Below are positions 61,165 through 64,000 of a stretch of DNA of 64,000 nucleotides, piece after piece. The stretch's first letter is position 1, and each line of letters begins with the position of its first letter. The stretch lies in the IMG/VR virus record IMGVR_UViG_2912869438_000005, positions 62,001 to 126,000 of that record. One strand, given 5' to 3'. Under the pieces are notes generated by a model. It worked only from the letters and a program-made list of their open reading frames with translations. It was not told the origin of the DNA and ran no database searches. This DNA is from an uncultured virus (IMG/VR IMGVR_UViG_2912869438_000005) (taxonomy: Duplodnaviria; Heunggongvirae; Uroviricota; Caudoviricetes). A program made the position numbers and the translations under genes.

Positions 61165-61756
61165 ATCGGTTTTTAGGCGCTGACATCTATCTGCTGACAC
61201 AATTGATTCTGTATGAAATCTGTATTTTATTTAGATTAAGACACAAAAAATGAAGAGGGTTAACCTCTTCATCAGGTAGTTTTCTTCTTAGGTTCCCAAC
61301 TGCAGCCTAAAACTGAATTAATAGTCCCAGCTGTTAAGAATCCCAAAAAAACACCTAAGTAATGATTTATATTCACACTAAACCATACACCAAGAGAAAT
61401 AGCTGTGATTAGAATTTCAGAAATATTTTTAATAAATGGATGTGAATTGAAAAAATTTTAAAACATGTATTGCTCTCTTTCTGCTTTAATTTCTTAAATA
61501 GTGATTTTTTAAACAAAGTATGTAAATAAAAAATTAGGAATCAAGCACAAGGCCAGAAATTAAAGAAGAATACGATTATATTGACCAAACACTTATTTTT
61601 CTTTGTTTTGTGCTTATTTTGCCACAAGTTAATACACCTCTAGATGATATTTACATAGAAAATCATACCATTGAAAAATGTGATAGAAAAAGTGAGAGGG
61701 TTAAATGTAATGGCAGGGATTAGACAGGAGCATAAAAAGAGGGGATTTACCCCTCC

Positions 61757-61975
61757 TTAATGAAATTGACCGCCCATGTTCTGTTGAGCTAAGCGAACTA
61801 AACGTTTGGTGATTTCTCCACCAACCGAACCGTTTGCACGAGAAGTGGTCTCAGCACCTAATTGAACACCAAACTCAGAAGCTATTTCAAGTTTCATTTG
61901 TTCAATAGCTGAAGCTGCTTGAGGAATTAATAACTCGTTATTGTTGTTTGATCTTGATCTACTTTGTTGAGCCAT
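61757..61975 (-). CDS. sspC: alpha/beta-type small acid-soluble spore protein
   Basis: [13 protein letters not shown]...[33 protein letters not shown]. Confidence 0.96.
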   Translation of the reverse strand: MAQQSRSRSNNNNELLIPQAASAIEQMKLEIASEFGVQLGAETTSRANGSVGGEITKRLVRLAQQNMGGQFH

Positions 61976-62021
61976 CTTATTCATCTCCTAAAGTTTAATG
62001 AAAACAAGCTTGTTTGAATCA

Positions 62022-62050
62022 TATTATGGAGAGATTATTTTAATTTATAC
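62022..62050 (-). promoter_or_regulatory. sigma-G-type promoter of sspC
   Basis: GTATA-17 bp-CATAATA on the minus strand. Confidence 0.65.
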
Positions 62051-62094
62051 ACGCCAAAGAAATAAATTTTTTCATTAAGAAAGGTGGGGGACAA

Positions 62095-62910
62095 ATGAAA
62101 ATTGATTATGTATCAGATCTCCATATCAATCATTGGATTCCTTGGAATGTAAATCAGATCAAGTGGGAGAAGCAAACAAGGGAAATCGTAAATAGGTTGA
62201 TCTCAAACGGTAATGGGGAGGTGTTGGTCATTGCTGGTGATTTTACTGAATGGAATCAACAAGCCATTTGGGTTTTAGATGAAGTAGCAAAACAGTACGA
62301 GAAGGTTTACTTCACATATGGAAATCATGATCTTTATTTACTCAGTAAAAGTCAAAAAAGAAAATACTCTGATTCATTAGGCAGGGTGAATGATCTAATC
62401 AAAAAGGCTGCTGACATGAAGAATGTGACTCCGTTAGTCAAGTCAACGGATACATACAAAGGAAAAGTCTTTGCAGGAGATGTTATGTGGTATTTGCCAA
62501 AAGGAATTGAAGGGTGGGATTTCTTCAAAGGAGTCTCTAATGATTCAAACTACATTAGCATTAATGGTTACAGTAAAGAAGATGGAGTAAGAGCAATGTG
62601 GAAAGATTCGATGGATTGGTATGAAACGCTCGAAAACACTCATGTCGATGTGTTTGTTTCTCACGTCCCACCTGTTCACAATCCTTATTCTCCATTTGAG
62701 CCTAACAGTTGTTATATGGTCGATGTACCATTCATTAACGCTAAGCATTGGATTTGTGGGCATGAACATTTACAAACTGAGTTTGCGAAAGAGGGAGCAA
62801 GCTTTCATATGAACTGTATAGGCTATCCATATGACTATGATAAGTATCCTAGCGTAAGTGAGGAAGCGGATATCTATAAAACGTTTGAAGTCAAAACTTT
62901 TGAGATTTAA
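62095..62910 (+). CDS. metallophosphoesterase (YotB-like)
   Basis: SDLH, AGD, GNHD, SHVPP, GHEH. Confidence 0.9.
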   Translation: MKIDYVSDLHINHWIPWNVNQIKWEKQTREIVNRLISNGNGEVLVIAGDFTEWNQQAIWVLDEVAKQYEKVYFTYGNHDLYLLSKSQKRKYSDSLGRVNDLIKKAADMKNVTPLVKSTDTYKGKVFAGDVMWYLPKGIEGWDFFKGVSNDSNYISINGYSKEDGVRAMWKDSMDWYETLENTHVDVFVSHVPPVHNPYSPFEPNSCYMVDVPFINAKHWICGHEHLQTEFAKEGASFHMNCIGYPYDYDKYPSVSEEADIYKTFEVKTFEI

Positions 62911-63412
62911 ATTTGATTGAATGAAATTCTAATTTTATTAAGAAGAGAGGTGCAATAGATGAGTTGGGGTATATCATCAAATGCGGCAAATAAAGAGAAA
63001 TTGAAGGCTGAAATGGCTGATTACCTAAATGGTTTAAATTCAACAGGGATAATGAGTTATGAAGTATACAGTGAGGCATTGAGTGTCTCTATGAAATTAC
63101 TTGACAAAATGTATGACTTAGGAAAGTTTGAAAAATGACTTGATAAAATATTGATTTCATTTAGAAAGGTGGAAAAGTATTGACCGTTACAGCTTGGATT
63201 TTGTTGATTATGTTTGGTTTATTCGCCTTATCAGATTTGAACTTAACTGAAGATGAAACAAAGCATATCAAGTTCTTCATAATAATGAAATTTGTTTCTG
63301 TCTTTATAGCTGCTATAGCTGCAGGCGTGATTTGGGGAGGGCTATTTCAATGAGATTAATAAGGAGAATGACCGTTAATCTGCTTAATTAAAAATAAGAC
63401 AGGAGTGGTGGA

Positions 63413-63769
63413 ATGATTCTCAAATGGATAGAAAATAAGGAGAAGAATAAGTTGATGGATGAGCTAAGTACTTTCATCGACAATCTGATGGGTGAAAGAG
63501 ATTCACTTGCAGAAAAGCTGAGGAACTTCAAAAAAGATGAAGAAATCTCTAAATTGTTAAAAGAAAACGAGAGTCTTAGAATTAACAGCCTTCATACATT
63601 ATCTGAAAAAGAAAGGGAGGAAGCGGATGCTTTTAGGGAAGAACATTGGAAAAAATGTAAAGGTAACACATCTTTTCTTTTAACAGGTGCAAGTATTGGT
63701 ACAAGAGTAGAGGTGATTTGCTCAAAATGTAAAACCCAAAAAGACATCACAGACATTAGTGTGTGGTAA
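63413..63769 (+). CDS. hypothetical phage protein (118 aa)
   Basis: AGGAG RBS; CSKC motif. Confidence 0.75.
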   Translation: MILKWIENKEKNKLMDELSTFIDNLMGERDSLAEKLRNFKKDEEISKLLKENESLRINSLHTLSEKEREEADAFREEHWKKCKGNTSFLLTGASIGTRVEVICSKCKTQKDITDISVW

Positions 63770-64000
63770 AGAATAATTTATTTCGAGGTGAATAAAATGG
63801 AGAAAGTTTATAAAGCAGAATTTTATATTACAGATATGTCTAATGAATTTTACAGTGTTGATGATCTTAAAGAAAAAATTGAAGAATCGCCAACATTCAG
63901 GTGGGCACTTGTTCATGTTTCAGATGTTAAAGAATCCGAAGAATTTGAGTGGGATGATGATTTGAAAATTAACAATATTGCGGCTACAACAGAAGATCAT

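Larger units (their letters stand above)
2029..63159. repeat. dispersed palindrome TAAAA-N6-TTTTA at accessory-gene junctions
   Basis: Exact copies start at 2029, 3693, 4702, 7776, 8037, 10543, 17711, 18938, 19157, 21914, 22379, 23377, 24936, 26332, 44487, 47766, 49226, 57870; one-mismatch copies at 20133, 45856, 47024, 61214, 62922, 63144. Confidence 0.9.
1..64000. mobile_element. SPbeta-like temperate phage/prophage, internal segment (early, regulatory, replication and nucleotide-metabolism regions)
   Basis: Gene order aimR-aimP-yopP/Q/R ... ligB ... helicase/primase/RecJ/DnaE ... nrdIEF-trx-dut ... sspC matches the SPbeta family; AT-rich and densely packed with small ORFs. Confidence 0.96.

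Noticed and set aside
61272..61466. Minus-strand small membrane-protein gene
   Set aside because: In-frame TAA at codon 3; at best a remnant, so not called
2029..63159. Repeats as a CRISPR array or Xer dif sites
   Set aside because: Copies are dispersed at gene-sized intervals, there are no cas genes, and the arms do not resemble the B. subtilis dif sequence
2029..63159. TAAAA-N6-TTTTA as intrinsic terminators
   Set aside because: A 5-6 bp all-AU stem is too weak, and genuine GC-containing terminators occur separately
305..63916. Many 60-130 aa ORFs antisense or out of frame within larger genes
   Set aside because: Shadow ORFs without RBS or recognisable motifs

Overview
This window is about 64 kb from the early, regulatory and replication part of an SPbeta-like temperate phage (prophage) of a Bacillus subtilis-group host. 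No structural or lysis genes and no att ends are visible. In order it contains: (1) an accessory region (1-10.5 kb) with a Schlafen/AlbA_2 protein, a SMODS nucleotidyltransferase + SLATT pair and an S8 peptidase/toxin/immunity trio; (2) the arbitrium locus (aimR; aimP, predicted peptide GFTVGA) and the yopM-yopR (sro) repression operon; (3) small early genes, a helicase, ligB and several minus-strand secreted bacteriocin-like genes; (4) the replication operon, with dnaE split by a group I intron encoding an HNH endonuclease; (5) nrdI, nrdE (group I intron + intein), nrdF, a free-standing endonuclease, thioredoxin, dUTPase, thyA and sspC. The strongest unexplained signal is a palindrome, TAAAA-N6-TTTTA, with a different 6-bp spacer in every copy. 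I found 18 exact and 6 one-mismatch copies by eye, almost all at gene junctions in accessory regions and none in the core operons. This suggests an integron-like, recombinase-driven cassette system (inference). A second repeat, AATTAAAAG, sits in sigma-A promoter spacers. All family assignments come from motif recognition, not database searches.
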